From: an uncultured cyanobacterium
GTDB taxonomy: Bacteria > Cyanobacteriota > Cyanobacteriia > CAKZMO01
NCBI GenBank assembly: GCA_963719515.1
Contig: CAVRCJ010000006.1
Coordinates: 1-64,000, forward strand
Length of the DNA: 64,000 nucleotides
Reading direction: 5' to 3'
Below are positions 10,024 through 20,027 of the stretch, in pieces. The notes beneath the pieces are model-generated. The model was not told where the DNA came from, searched no databases, and saw only the letters and a list, made by a program, of their open reading frames with translations. Every line of letters starts with the position of its first letter. Positions within the stretch are counted from its first letter, which is position 1. The position numbers and the translations under genes are program-made.

Positions 10024-10899
10024 ATGCTAGAGCTGCACTGTCATACCACCTACTCAGACGGCACCTTGACTCCCGAGGCCCTAGTGGCGAGTGCGCTGCA
10101 GGTAGACCTGCGGGCGCTGGCAATTACCGACCACGATACTCTGGCGGGCTGGCAGCCTGCTGTGGACGCCGCTCAGGGCACGGACTTAACTATTGTGCCG
10201 GGGGTCGAGCTAAGCACCGTGTACAACGGGCGATCGCTCCACATCTTGGGCTACTATCCCAATCGAGACGACCTTGCCCCCTGCCTATCCGAGCGACTTG
10301 CCGGACGCCACCGGCGGGCAGAAGCTATGGCCGAGCGTCTTGCCGACCTGGGATGCCCCATCCAGCTGCCGGAGATGCGGGGAGAAATGGCGCCCTGCCG
10401 TCCCCACCTAGCCAAAGCGCTGGTACAGGCGGGCCATGTCGCCTCGGCTCAAGAGGCCTTTGAGCGCTACATCGGCGACGACAAGCCTGCCTACGTCCAT
10501 TACGAGAAATTCTCTAGCCAGGACGGCATTGCCCACCTGCGGCGATGCGGCGGGGTGCCGGTGTGGGCTCACCCCTGTCTGTTCCGCGGCGGAACGGTGG
10601 AGACGGTGCTGTCTGATCTAGTCGACGCCGGGCTGATGGGCCTAGAAGTCTACCATCCGGGCCATAGCCCCAAGCAGGTGACCCGCCTGCTGGCGCTGTG
10701 CGATCGCTACGGTCTGTTGAAGACAGGGGGCAGCGACTATCATGGCCCCAAAACCAATAGCCCTAAAGCCAAGCCCCACGAGACTCTAAATCAATACCGC
10801 CTACCGCTAGCGCTCCTACACCCCATTTGGGAGGCTGCCCTAGCGCTACAGCCCCCTCATTCCTCTAATCCCTACCTCCAGATTGGCCCGCTCACTTAG
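10024..10899 (+). CDS. PHP domain protein
   Basis: Motifs LHCHTTYSDG, ITDHD, GVELS, GGSDYHG. Confidence 0.92.
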   Translation: MLELHCHTTYSDGTLTPEALVASALQVDLRALAITDHDTLAGWQPAVDAAQGTDLTIVPGVELSTVYNGRSLHILGYYPNRDDLAPCLSERLAGRHRRAEAMAERLADLGCPIQLPEMRGEMAPCRPHLAKALVQAGHVASAQEAFERYIGDDKPAYVHYEKFSSQDGIAHLRRCGGVPVWAHPCLFRGGTVETVLSDLVDAGLMGLEVYHPGHSPKQVTRLLALCDRYGLLKTGGSDYHGPKTNSPKAKPHETLNQYRLPLALLHPIWEAALALQPPHSSNPYLQIGPLT

Positions 10900-10998
10900 C
10901 CCTGGGTTAGGCTCTGTTGGCAAAGACCAATTCTATAGTACAATTGAACCATATTTTGAATCCCAATTAGCCCGATCTAACGTCTATCGGTTACCACC

Positions 10999-11550
10999 AT
11001 GAGCTTCCTTCAGCGGTTACAAGATATTTTGGGCGTCGCCGACGTACCGGCCTACGGGGACGGCGGCTATGGGGAGGTGGGATACCCCGATACCTCCAAC
11101 GTAGTCGAGATGCCGGGGCTAGCAACAAATCAATCCGAGCTTGTGGTGATGGAGCCGCACTCCTTTGAAGAGGTGCCTGACGCCATCTTGGCCCTGCGCG
11201 ATCGCAAAGCCGTGATCCTCAACCTCAATCACATGGACGCCGACCAGGCGCAGCGCGCCGTAGACTATGTGGCGGGTGGGGTGTTTGCTATGGACGGACA
11301 CCAAGAGCGCATCAACCAGAACGTCTTCCTGTTTACCCCGGTATCGGTTCAAATTAGAAACTACCCCACGGGCTCTTTCTATCCGTCAGCCGGGCTGCAC
11401 CAGGGAGGGCTAGGGCATGAGACCGAAGAGCAGCGGATGCTGAAGCGACTCAATATCAACGACCCAGGCACCAACGGATTTTCTGAGCCGCCCTTAGGGT
11501 CACCAGGCCACCTGGGTCATTTTGGCCGCCCCGATACAGCGCTGGGCTAG
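10999..11550 (+). CDS. sepF: SepF family protein
   Basis: VMEPHSFEE...VILNL...AQRAVDYVAGG...FLFTP. Confidence 0.8.
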   Translation: MSFLQRLQDILGVADVPAYGDGGYGEVGYPDTSNVVEMPGLATNQSELVVMEPHSFEEVPDAILALRDRKAVILNLNHMDADQAQRAVDYVAGGVFAMDGHQERINQNVFLFTPVSVQIRNYPTGSFYPSAGLHQGGLGHETEEQRMLKRLNINDPGTNGFSEPPLGSPGHLGHFGRPDTALG

Positions 11551-11555
11551 GAACT

Positions 11556-12155
11556 ATGGGGAAAGACGCAGCAGCTCAACTTAACCACATCATTCGCCAG
11601 CGGCGCTCGACCAAGCCCCGCCGCTTTAACGGCAGCACCATTGATGACGAAACGCTCTGGCAGCTTTTGGAAAATGCTAACTGGGCGCCCACCCACGGCA
11701 TGACGCAGCCGTGGCGCTTTTTTGTCTTTACCCAGGGGGGCCTTCATCGCTTGGCAAGGTTTCAGGCCGCTCTCTACAAGCAGCTAACGCCCGAAGCTGA
11801 GTTTAGCCTCGATAAGTACGAGCGCATGAAGACCAACTTGCTCAAGTCATCCCACGTGGTCGTACTGGCTATGGCGCGTAAGCTGGAGGCAATTCCGGAG
11901 GTAGAGGAGATTGAGGCGGTGGCCTGCAGCGTTCAAAACATGATGCTGACTGCCGCTGCCCACGGAATTTCTTCATTTTGGGGGTCGGGCGGGGTCACCT
12001 ATACCGACGAGCTAAAGGAATTTTTGGGCTTAGAAACAGGCGATCGCTGCTTGGGGTATCTCTATTTGGGCTACAGCGATGACCCGCCAGCCGCCGGAAA
12101 GCGATCGCCCATTGAGGAGAAGGTAACCTGGATAGACTGCGATACCCAGGGCTAA
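11556..12155 (+). CDS. nitroreductase family protein
   Basis: Motifs IRQRRS, WAPTHGMTQPWRF, QNMML. Confidence 0.9.
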   Translation: MGKDAAAQLNHIIRQRRSTKPRRFNGSTIDDETLWQLLENANWAPTHGMTQPWRFFVFTQGGLHRLARFQAALYKQLTPEAEFSLDKYERMKTNLLKSSHVVVLAMARKLEAIPEVEEIEAVACSVQNMMLTAAAHGISSFWGSGGVTYTDELKEFLGLETGDRCLGYLYLGYSDDPPAAGKRSPIEEKVTWIDCDTQG

Positions 12156-12176
12156 AGCTGTTCAAACCCTGAATTG

Positions 12177-13074
12177 CTAGACCAAACCCGTCAGCCACAG
12201 CACCACCGGCAGCGTCACAAAGCTCAGCAGCGTCGAGAGCACTACCGTCTTCGCGACCCGCAGGCGATCGCCCCCCAGCTCCGTCACCCAAATCAGCGAA
12301 TTCACCGCCACCGGCATCGCCGCCTGGATGACCAGCACCTGCAGGTCCAACCCTCTTAGCTGCAGCAGCGTCCCTACCCCAAAGGCTAGCAGCGGTGACA
12401 GCAGCAGCCGCAGGCTAGCCCCGAACAGCTCCGCTCGACCAAAGGCGAAGGGCGTCCGGGACAGCTGAATGCCCAACGTAAGCAGGGCGATTGGCACTGC
12501 TGCACCGGCCAGCAGCTCTATTCCTCGCTCTAGCGCGAGAGGCAGGGTAGCCGAAAGTCCCTGCAGCCCCAGCGCCATCAGGGTCGCCCAAAGCACCGGC
12601 AGCCTCAGCGTGTAGCGCAGGCCCACCGCCACGCCCTCGCCCTTCTAGAGCAATGGGGAACAGGGTGGCGATCGCGAGTGACGAGGCCACGAGATACACG
12701 ATAGCCCGCTCTAGGCCCGCCTCTCCCAGGGAAAACAGCACAAACGGAAGCCCCATGTTGCCGACGTTGGCAAATACGGTGGTGGCAATCAGGCTTTTGC
12801 GCTCTTCGCTGGAGAACTTTAGGGTGCGGCCCAGCCCCCAGGCAACCCCATACAGAACTGTGGTGTTCAGCAAAAAGCCCAGCACGATGCCCGTGGCGCT
12901 GCTCAAGCTGAGGCTATTCCCCGAAATGCCTGAAAACACTAGCGCAGGCAGTAGCGCATAGATGGAGATCCGAGCCAGGGTCTCTAAGTCCAGCTCAAAC
13001 TTTTGACCCACCCAAATTCCAGCTAGCGCGACTAGCGCGATGGGCAGCACCGCCGAAATCAAGACATCTATCAT
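12177..13074 (-). pseudogene. AEC (auxin efflux carrier) family transporter, frameshifted near 12645 (possibly a sequencing error)
   Basis: Two overlapping ORFs with NVGNMGLP and QAAMPVAV motifs; removing one A from CTAGAAGGGC restores the frame. Confidence 0.8.
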
Positions 13075-13260
13075 CAGTAGGCCGCGTCGGCTGTTCAGCT
13101 TGTCCCGCGATCATACCAAGCAGGTCGCCGCCCGTCCGTCTTGGCTGCGCAGTCGGGAGGTTGAGCAACCTCGACGCTGGCGTTCACGACCCGTGGCCGT
13201 CCCCCGCAGAAAAACTCGATTTCGTATAATAGTCAGCGACCTCATCCCTACCCCCACCGT

Positions 13261-15327
13261 ATGTCTGTCCCCCTCTCCAAGCGATCGCTTCAACGCCTTA
13301 CTAGCGCGGTCCTAGTCGGCCTAGTCGCCCCGCTGCCTCTAGCCCAGCGCGCCTCAGCGCAAGCTCTCCCCCAGCCCGACCAAGTCGAAACCTGCGACCT
13401 GCTGATTGTTGGCGGGGGACTCGCGGGCACCGCCGCTGCCTACGAAAGCCTGAAGCTCGGCCGCACCGTCTGCATGAGCGAGCTGACCGACTGGGTGGGC
13501 GGGCAGATCTCCTCTCAGGGCACCTCTGCGCTAGATGAGGCCAAGATGCAGCGAGCCCTCCTGTTCTACTCCACCGGGTACAACCAGCTGCGGCAGCGCA
13601 TTGAAGCCGAGTACGGGGAGCTGAATCCTGGAGCCTGCTGGGTGAGCGCCTCCTGCTTTTTGCCCCGCGACGCCCACGCCATTTTGATGGAGATGCTGGA
13701 GGATGCGGAAGACGAGGGAGCAGGCACTTTGAAGTGGTTTCCCTCGACGGTGGTCAAGGATCTCACCCTGAGCCCAGATGGCACCCTAATTGAATCGGCG
13801 ATCGCCATTCAGCATCAGCCCCAGCCCGAGACGCCGCCCCTCAACGACGAGCCGCTGTCCCAGATTATTGAGGATGCCTACGAGTACGAGGCGTCTGACC
13901 GGCTAGCGAAGACCGTCATTCAGTTCGTGCCCCAGCAGCGCCCAGCAGGAAGCGAGACGGGGGCCGACTGGTACGTTATTGAGGCCACCGAAACCGGCGA
14001 GCTCATCGCCCTTGCCGACGTCCCCTACCGCCTAGGCCTCGACCCGCGCAGCTACCTCAATCCCTCTTCCGCCAGCGAAGCGGGCGATCCCTACTGCACC
14101 CAAGGGTTCACCTACACCTTTGCCATGGAGCAAACTGAGGACCCCCAGGCGCACGAGCAGCCCGACTTCTACGATCGCTATCAGCCCTACTACGGCTACG
14201 ACCCCAACCCCAATCTGGCCAACTTCGACGCGGTGTTTACCTACCGCCGCATTTGGGCTCCTAACAGCGACGGGCGACCCGCCGTGCCGCGCTTCGGGGT
14301 GCCGGTCCCTCGCCCCGGCGACATCTCTATGCAGAACTGGGTGTGGGGCAACGACTATCGCCCCGGCACAGAGGAGGACAACCTGGTGTACAGCCGAGAG
14401 CAGCTAGAAGAGACAGACCAGCTAGAACCCGGCGGCTGGAGGGGAGGACTGCGGCAAGATGCGCTGCAAAGCGGTGAGGAACTGTCCCTAGGCTTCTTCC
14501 ACTGGCTGGTGGCGGGCACCACCGACTCTCAAGAAGAGGCCCAGGCGGACGGCCTCCCCAAAATGCCTCACCCGGCCCACCGGCTGATGACGGGTCTAGA
14601 TTCTCCCATGGGGACCCAACACGGCCTGTCGAAATATCCCTACATTCGAGAAGGGCGGCGCATCGTTGGTCGACCGTCTCTAGGACACCCCGACGGCTTC
14701 GCCGTCCACGAGCTAGATATCTCTCGGCAAGACTACCGCAGCGAGTTTTACCAGGATTTGCCTGCCGACCTCTACAGCGACGTTTGGAAGGCGCTAGCGG
14801 GGCTAGAGGCCACGAGTGCGATCGCCTCCAAGACCTCTCCTGAGGAAATCACCCGCCGCACCCGCTCCACCATCTACCCCGACGCGGTGGGCATTGCCCA
14901 ATACGCTATCGACTTCCACCCCTGTATGGAGCAGTCTCCCCCGGAGGCCCCCGGCAATATCGAGCGCCCCGGCACCCGCCAGGCCCAGGGCCAGACCTAC
15001 CCCGGCCAGGTTCCCCTACGGTCGATGATTCCCCAGCGGATTGATAACCTGCTGGTGGCCAGCAAGAGCATCGCCACCAGCCACGTGGCGGCGGCGGCCT
15101 ACCGGGTGCATTCCTTTGAGTGGTCCGTGGGGGCGGCGGCGGGCATCACGGCAGATTTCGCCCTAGAGCAGAACGTCTACCCCTATGAGCTGGTGGACGA
15201 CCTGCCGCTGGAGGAGCCCCTGCTGGAGACCCTGCAGCAGCGCATCGAGGCGGCGGGCAACCCGACGGCGTTTCCCAACACTTCAATTTTCAATTTGGAT
15301 TGGGAGGACTGGCGCGTTTGGGGGTAG
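13261..15327 (+). CDS. exported FAD-dependent oxidoreductase
   Basis: Signal-peptide-like start; IVGGGLAG, GGQISSQG, YIREGRR motifs. Confidence 0.88.
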   Translation: MSVPLSKRSLQRLTSAVLVGLVAPLPLAQRASAQALPQPDQVETCDLLIVGGGLAGTAAAYESLKLGRTVCMSELTDWVGGQISSQGTSALDEAKMQRALLFYSTGYNQLRQRIEAEYGELNPGACWVSASCFLPRDAHAILMEMLEDAEDEGAGTLKWFPSTVVKDLTLSPDGTLIESAIAIQHQPQPETPPLNDEPLSQIIEDAYEYEASDRLAKTVIQFVPQQRPAGSETGADWYVIEATETGELIALADVPYRLGLDPRSYLNPSSASEAGDPYCTQGFTYTFAMEQTEDPQAHEQPDFYDRYQPYYGYDPNPNLANFDAVFTYRRIWAPNSDGRPAVPRFGVPVPRPGDISMQNWVWGNDYRPGTEEDNLVYSREQLEETDQLEPGGWRGGLRQDALQSGEELSLGFFHWLVAGTTDSQEEAQADGLPKMPHPAHRLMTGLDSPMGTQHGLSKYPYIREGRRIVGRPSLGHPDGFAVHELDISRQDYRSEFYQDLPADLYSDVWKALAGLEATSAIASKTSPEEITRRTRSTIYPDAVGIAQYAIDFHPCMEQSPPEAPGNIERPGTRQAQGQTYPGQVPLRSMIPQRIDNLLVASKSIATSHVAAAAYRVHSFEWSVGAAAGITADFALEQNVYPYELVDDLPLEEPLLETLQQRIEAAGNPTAFPNTSIFNLDWEDWRVWG

Positions 15328-15368
15328 GGCTCAGGAGCCTGAATGATAAGGGGCTATTCAAGGCGTCG

Positions 15369-16958
15369 CTAAAGCGATCGCTTTAACACTAGCGGCTCCC
15401 CAGGCTTTAGGGCCTGAACCTTTGCGGTTAGGTCCAGCCACGGCTGCAGCTGCCCCATCTGATAGGTGCGGCTCATCACCACGTAGATAGACGTTTGGTC
15501 AGCGGCAATGCCCGCCGCCGTCACCGCGTTCCAGCGCTCAGCGCTCAGCTGATCGACAATCTGCCACTGCCCCTCCCGCCACTCAAACCGTCGCTCGAAG
15601 CGAAACGGAGCCGCCGCCTTACCGGTGATCAACACTTTTTGCAGCAGCTGGCGTACTAGATTGGGGAAGAACCGGCCCACCGTCAGCATCACCACCCGCA
15701 GCACCATCAGCTTCAGCGGCGTCATCTGGGTCTGCTTGGCCCAGCCTAAGCTGCCGCTAATCGTGATCTCGTCTTTCTTCACCTCTACGGGGTAACGCCC
15801 CACCAGATGGCCCACCGCATTTTTAACGTCTCCATCAGCCGTCACCTGCAGAGAGAGCTGGGTGTCGGACACCACGAGGCGATCGCCTCGAAACAGCTTA
15901 AACACGCCGCCCTTATTCAGCGCCACATACAGCGTGGTGTCGGCGCGGCGCTCAACAAGAATACGAGCCTCGGGGAGCCACAGCCGCTCTTGCGGTAGCG
16001 GTAGACCGGGCCTATGGTCTGCAAAGTTTTGCCAGGCCAGCAGATAGCTCCAGGTGTGGTGGCCCACGATGTGGTCGTCAGCGTAGCAGGCCCCGCGCCC
16101 CGCCGCTAGCCCTTCCAAAAATTTGTCGTTGATGCTGAGGGCTTCGGGGAGCCAGCGGCCCACCAGCTCGAACCCATGGGGGAAAAAGTTATAGGTGTTG
16201 CGGCTGGTATATTCCCCGCCATAGGAGCCGTCGGGGTGAATGAAATGGGCGGTGAGCAGCACGGCTTTGGCGATCGCGTCCTTCAGCTCGCTGCTGGGCT
16301 GCAGTTCGTATAGCCGCGCTAGGCAAGCGATGGTCAGGGTTTGGTAGCCGGGATCGAAGCCTTCGTACTCCTGAAACCAGCCCTCAGGATTTTGCCAGCT
16401 GAGCACCTGGGCTAGGCGATCGCCGCTAGCGGTTTGCCAGCGATCGCTGCGGAGCAGCTGCCCCGTCAGCACCAGGCACAGGGCGATCAGGGCCTGGTGG
16501 TTGGTGAGTCTGCCGCTCTCCTGGTGGTGGGCTAGCCAGTCAGCCCGCTTCTGAAAAAACTGCAGCAGCGCGGGGTCCTCTAGCGCCAGCAGCCGGTAGC
16601 TGTCGAGGCAGGCCAAGAGCGAAAACGCCGCCGCTCCGCTGGCGCGCTCAAACGGAAAGTAGTCATCGCAGGAGCCGTCGGCGTGGGCGCTGCGAGCGGC
16701 AAATCGCATGCCCGCCACAATCCACCGCCGCAGCGCCAGCTGCTGGTAGTAAGGATTCTCTGGAATGGGCAGGGCATAGACCAAAGCCAGCGGCAGCACG
16801 AACTCCTGGGACATGCCGCTGGGAAAGTCGATGATCTTGTACTGCCAAAAATTGCGGTCGAAGCAGCCATAGGTCGGACTGTGGGGATTCCGGTCCTGCA
16901 GCGTCAAAATTTTGGGGATGTGGGCTAGGGCTTCAGCCGCAAACAGATGTCGGGACAT
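15369..16958 (-). CDS. hypothetical protein, possibly heparinase II/III-like alpha/alpha fold
   Basis: 529-aa ORF; LTNHQA and GWFQEYEGFDPGYQT motifs. Fold assignment is an inference. Confidence 0.65.
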   Translation of the reverse strand: MSRHLFAAEALAHIPKILTLQDRNPHSPTYGCFDRNFWQYKIIDFPSGMSQEFVLPLALVYALPIPENPYYQQLALRRWIVAGMRFAARSAHADGSCDDYFPFERASGAAAFSLLACLDSYRLLALEDPALLQFFQKRADWLAHHQESGRLTNHQALIALCLVLTGQLLRSDRWQTASGDRLAQVLSWQNPEGWFQEYEGFDPGYQTLTIACLARLYELQPSSELKDAIAKAVLLTAHFIHPDGSYGGEYTSRNTYNFFPHGFELVGRWLPEALSINDKFLEGLAAGRGACYADDHIVGHHTWSYLLAWQNFADHRPGLPLPQERLWLPEARILVERRADTTLYVALNKGGVFKLFRGDRLVVSDTQLSLQVTADGDVKNAVGHLVGRYPVEVKKDEITISGSLGWAKQTQMTPLKLMVLRVVMLTVGRFFPNLVRQLLQKVLITGKAAAPFRFERRFEWREGQWQIVDQLSAERWNAVTAAGIAADQTSIYVVMSRTYQMGQLQPWLDLTAKVQALKPGEPLVLKRSL

Positions 16959-17027
16959 AGCAGGCGCTGTCGTGGGGTCTGCTTGATACCATAGCAGAGC
17001 CAGCCAGCGCCTTTGCGAGGCAGCGCC

Positions 17028-17327
17028 TTAGGTATCCTGGCCTTCAACGCGGATGGGGGGTTCTATGGCGTAGTTGTCTAGGCGGCCCGCCTCATCAATG
17101 ACATACCCCTCTGTTGTGGACATACCCGTACCGGCTTCCTGCTCCTCGACGGCTTTCACCTCTTTGAGATTCTGGTCAGCATCAGCGTCAGTCGGGATTT
17201 TGGCGTCGTCTGGGTTGACGTCGGTGGTTTGAGCCGTCTGCACCGCCCACTGGCTTCCCGGTGCGCCGCGCCCCGGCTCGGCTTCTCTGGGGTCGCCGGG
17301 CTGGTTAGGGTTTGCTTGCTCAGTCAT
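17028..17327 (-). CDS. small acidic hypothetical protein
   Basis: AAGGAAG RBS before the ATG; TTEGYVIDEAGRLDNYAIEP. Confidence 0.7.
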   Translation of the reverse strand: MTEQANPNQPGDPREAEPGRGAPGSQWAVQTAQTTDVNPDDAKIPTDADADQNLKEVKAVEEQEAGTGMSTTEGYVIDEAGRLDNYAIEPPIRVEGQDT

Positions 17328-17572
17328 AGTTACTTCCTTGCTTAACGCATTTCTTGGCATACCCTATTTCACAATGACGTCGCTAGTCCTCCATCGTTGG
17401 GGAATACTTAAGCCGAATAGCTCTCTATCGCTAGCGAGAATATTGAGGCAAACGGTGCTGTCGGTGACGCTCCCACTGCTGATGCCGTTCGGCAGCGGTC
17501 ACTGTTCACCTCCCTAAGGGGGCCCCTTAAACCTGCCGCCAGATAGCTCGCCGTTCTTAGTTATAGAATCTC

Positions 17573-19538
17573 ATGTCAATCAATCAGCTACTCGGCGAAC
17601 GTTACCAGATCCTCAGGTGCCTGGAGGCCAGCAGCCTTGGGAAAACCTACCTGGCCGCAGATACCTACCGACTCAGTTGCCCTAAGTGCGTCGTTCGGCA
17701 ACTGTACCTATCAGCCCAGAGCCCCCGTGCTGCGAAATTTGCGCTGCTTCTACTTAAAAAGAAGGCAGAGGTCCTACGCCAGGTCAGTGGCCATAGGCAG
17801 CTCTCAGAAATTTTGGACCACTTTGAGGAAGAGCGCAGCTTTTGCTGGGTCGAGAGTTGGGTAGAGGGTTCCTCTCTGAAAGAAAAGCATCGCTAAAGAA
17901 CAGGCTTTCTCTGAAGCGGCAGCGATAAGAATGATGCAGGACGTTCTCCAAGGGCTGGTGGTTTTGCACAGCTGGGGCGTTATCCATCGCGGCGTCAAGC
18001 CAAGCACTGTGCAGCGTCAGTCAGACGGACGGTTCGTGCTGACGGGGTTCGGCATCTTCGAAGACATCGTTAAGAGCGATCGCCAGAATCTCCAGCAGAA
18101 TCCAGCCCAGCAGAATCCAGCTCTAGAAAAGACGCGACCAGAGTTGTCCAATAGGCAAATTGAGCAAGGCTTCCACAGAGATCTTTATGCCGTAGGTCTG
18201 CTGGCCCTTGAAATGCTGTCGGCGGCCAAGGACGGGGCCAATGCCGCTGCCGCCATAGGGGCAAGGGACACGTCAGACTCACGCTCCCAAAGCGGCCTGG
18301 CGCAAGGCATCGCGAGTCCGGGCCTTTCCGCAATCCTTGAGCGGATGCTTGCCCCTAGCCCGGAGCATCGCTATCAGTCCGCTGCGGAAGTGCTTGAGAC
18401 TCTGCGCCGACTAGACAATAAGCGGCTAGCTTCACCGTCAGTCACGCCCCACCGCTTTCGGCAGCTCTTGTGTCTGGAAGGTCGGCGCAACCGCTGGAGC
18501 GCTGGCTTAACGCTGGCCGCCTGCGTCTTTGGGCTGACGTCGGTTCGCCTGCCTCAGCACCTGCTGTCGCACTACTGGCTCCACCAGGCGAGCGGCACCC
18601 TTGAGCAGGGGGAATATCAGCAGGCGATCGCCCTGTCGAGTCGGGCTATTCGCCAGGGCCAAGCCGGAGCCGCGTATCTACAGCGCGGACTCGCCCAGTA
18701 CCACCTCAGCCGCTGGGATGCCGCGCAGCGCGATCTCACACAGGCGATTGATGCTGCGCTGCAGTCGGAGCAAGCGTTTTACTACCGAGGCGGCGCTCGG
18801 AGCGCGCTGGGCGACCACCGGGGAGCTTTGGCAGACTACACCGAGGCAATCAGAATCGCGAGGAATCCGGCTGAGATTTACCTGAAGCGAGGCAGCGTTC
18901 GCTCCGCCCTGGGAGACAAGCAAGGGGCGATCGCCGACTATACCCTGGCGATTGAGCAACAGCCTAGCAGCGCTGATGCCTACTCTCAGCGCTGCCTAGC
19001 CTACTCGGATGCCGGAGATCACCGCCAAGGACTGCAGGACTGCAGCCGGGCCATTGACCTTATCCCAAGCGCCGTGACCGCCTACCAAAATCGGGGGCTG
19101 ATTCGGCAGCGCTTGGGAAATATTGAAGAGGCGATTGCCGACTTGAACCTCGCCCTGCGCCTCGATCCGCAAAACGCAGACACCTATTACACGCGGGGTC
19201 TAATTCGTCTAACAGGAGCCGACGAGGCAGGCGCGATCGAAGACTTTACCCAAGCCATTGCGATCGCCCCTTCCCATGACCTAGCCCATTATGAGCGCGG
19301 AATCACCAGAAAGCAGACGGGAGACCTGCCGGGAGCTAAACGCGATCTAGAACAGGCCATGACGCTATGCCTAGAGCAAGGCCGCCATCAGTGCTACGAA
19401 GCAGCGCAAGCAGAACTTGCTCAACCGCAGCTTGCCCGTCCGCCCCACTCTATTCGGACCGCCCCGTCCGCAGCAGCGCCCTTAAAAGTGCAGGCTGTTT
19501 CAACAAAACGTTGTGACCTATCTTGCTTACCCCCTTGA
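17573..19538 (+). CDS. degenerate Ser/Thr kinase domain-TM-TPR protein, split by a +1 indel near 17885
   Basis: Kinase fold in both ORFs (ERYQILRCL...KTYLA; IHRGVKPS; LTGFG), then a hydrophobic segment and about 8 TPRs. One extra A in GAAAAGC breaks the frame. Confidence 0.8.
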
Positions 19539-19555
19539 GCTCAGGGCATATTCGC

Positions 19556-19768
19556 CTAGACATTGGCCGCCCGAGCCGACGCTGAATCCATTAAAGGGTC
19601 AAAGCGCCCGCTTCCACGGTGGGCCAAATCTTGGCTAGAATCTTGTTGACTAGGCGTAACGGTCAGGCCCAGTGTATTATGGGTTTGAATATTGGAACCG
19701 AAGGCTAGCGTAGCCGCAAAGCTGGTGATTAGCGCACCAGTGAGGGCTGTTGCAAATGAGACAGACAT
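19556..19768 (-). CDS. patX: PatX-like RGSGR peptide precursor
   Basis: 70 aa, hydrophobic signal-like N-terminus, HRGSGR motif, TCCGGA upstream. Confidence 0.72.
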   Translation of the reverse strand: MSVSFATALTGALITSFAATLAFGSNIQTHNTLGLTVTPSQQDSSQDLAHRGSGRFDPLMDSASARAANV

Positions 19769-19798
19769 GGATGACTACCTGAAAACGACTTACTACCT

Positions 19799-19826
19799 TT
19801 TACGGGTAGCCAGGTAGGGGTCCGGA
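19799..19826 (-). promoter_or_regulatory. DIF1-type promoter TCCGGA-N17-GTAAA
   Basis: TCCGGA at 19821-19826, 17-nt spacer, GTAAA (19803-19799), about 30 nt above the patX-like ATG. Confidence 0.65.
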
Positions 19827-20027
19827 AGCTTCTAATGCCGTGAAAACTGCCGCTTTACGGCAGTTTTCGATGCGCAAACCAGCTGTCAGCAGCAGCAGAG
19901 CGCTATCCTCGTCCTGTCAGTGCAAACACGCTGTTCGGCAATAGAGGCAGGATGTTTATACAAATATTGTTTGCGTAAAGCCCCCGGGCACTTCCCACTC
20001 TTTCCTTCTGAGAGTTCTGCTTTAAAC

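Noticed and set aside
10938..10951. LexA-like box AGTACAATTGAACC before sepF
   Set aside because: It mismatches the cyanobacterial consensus, overlaps a likely -10 element and occurs once.
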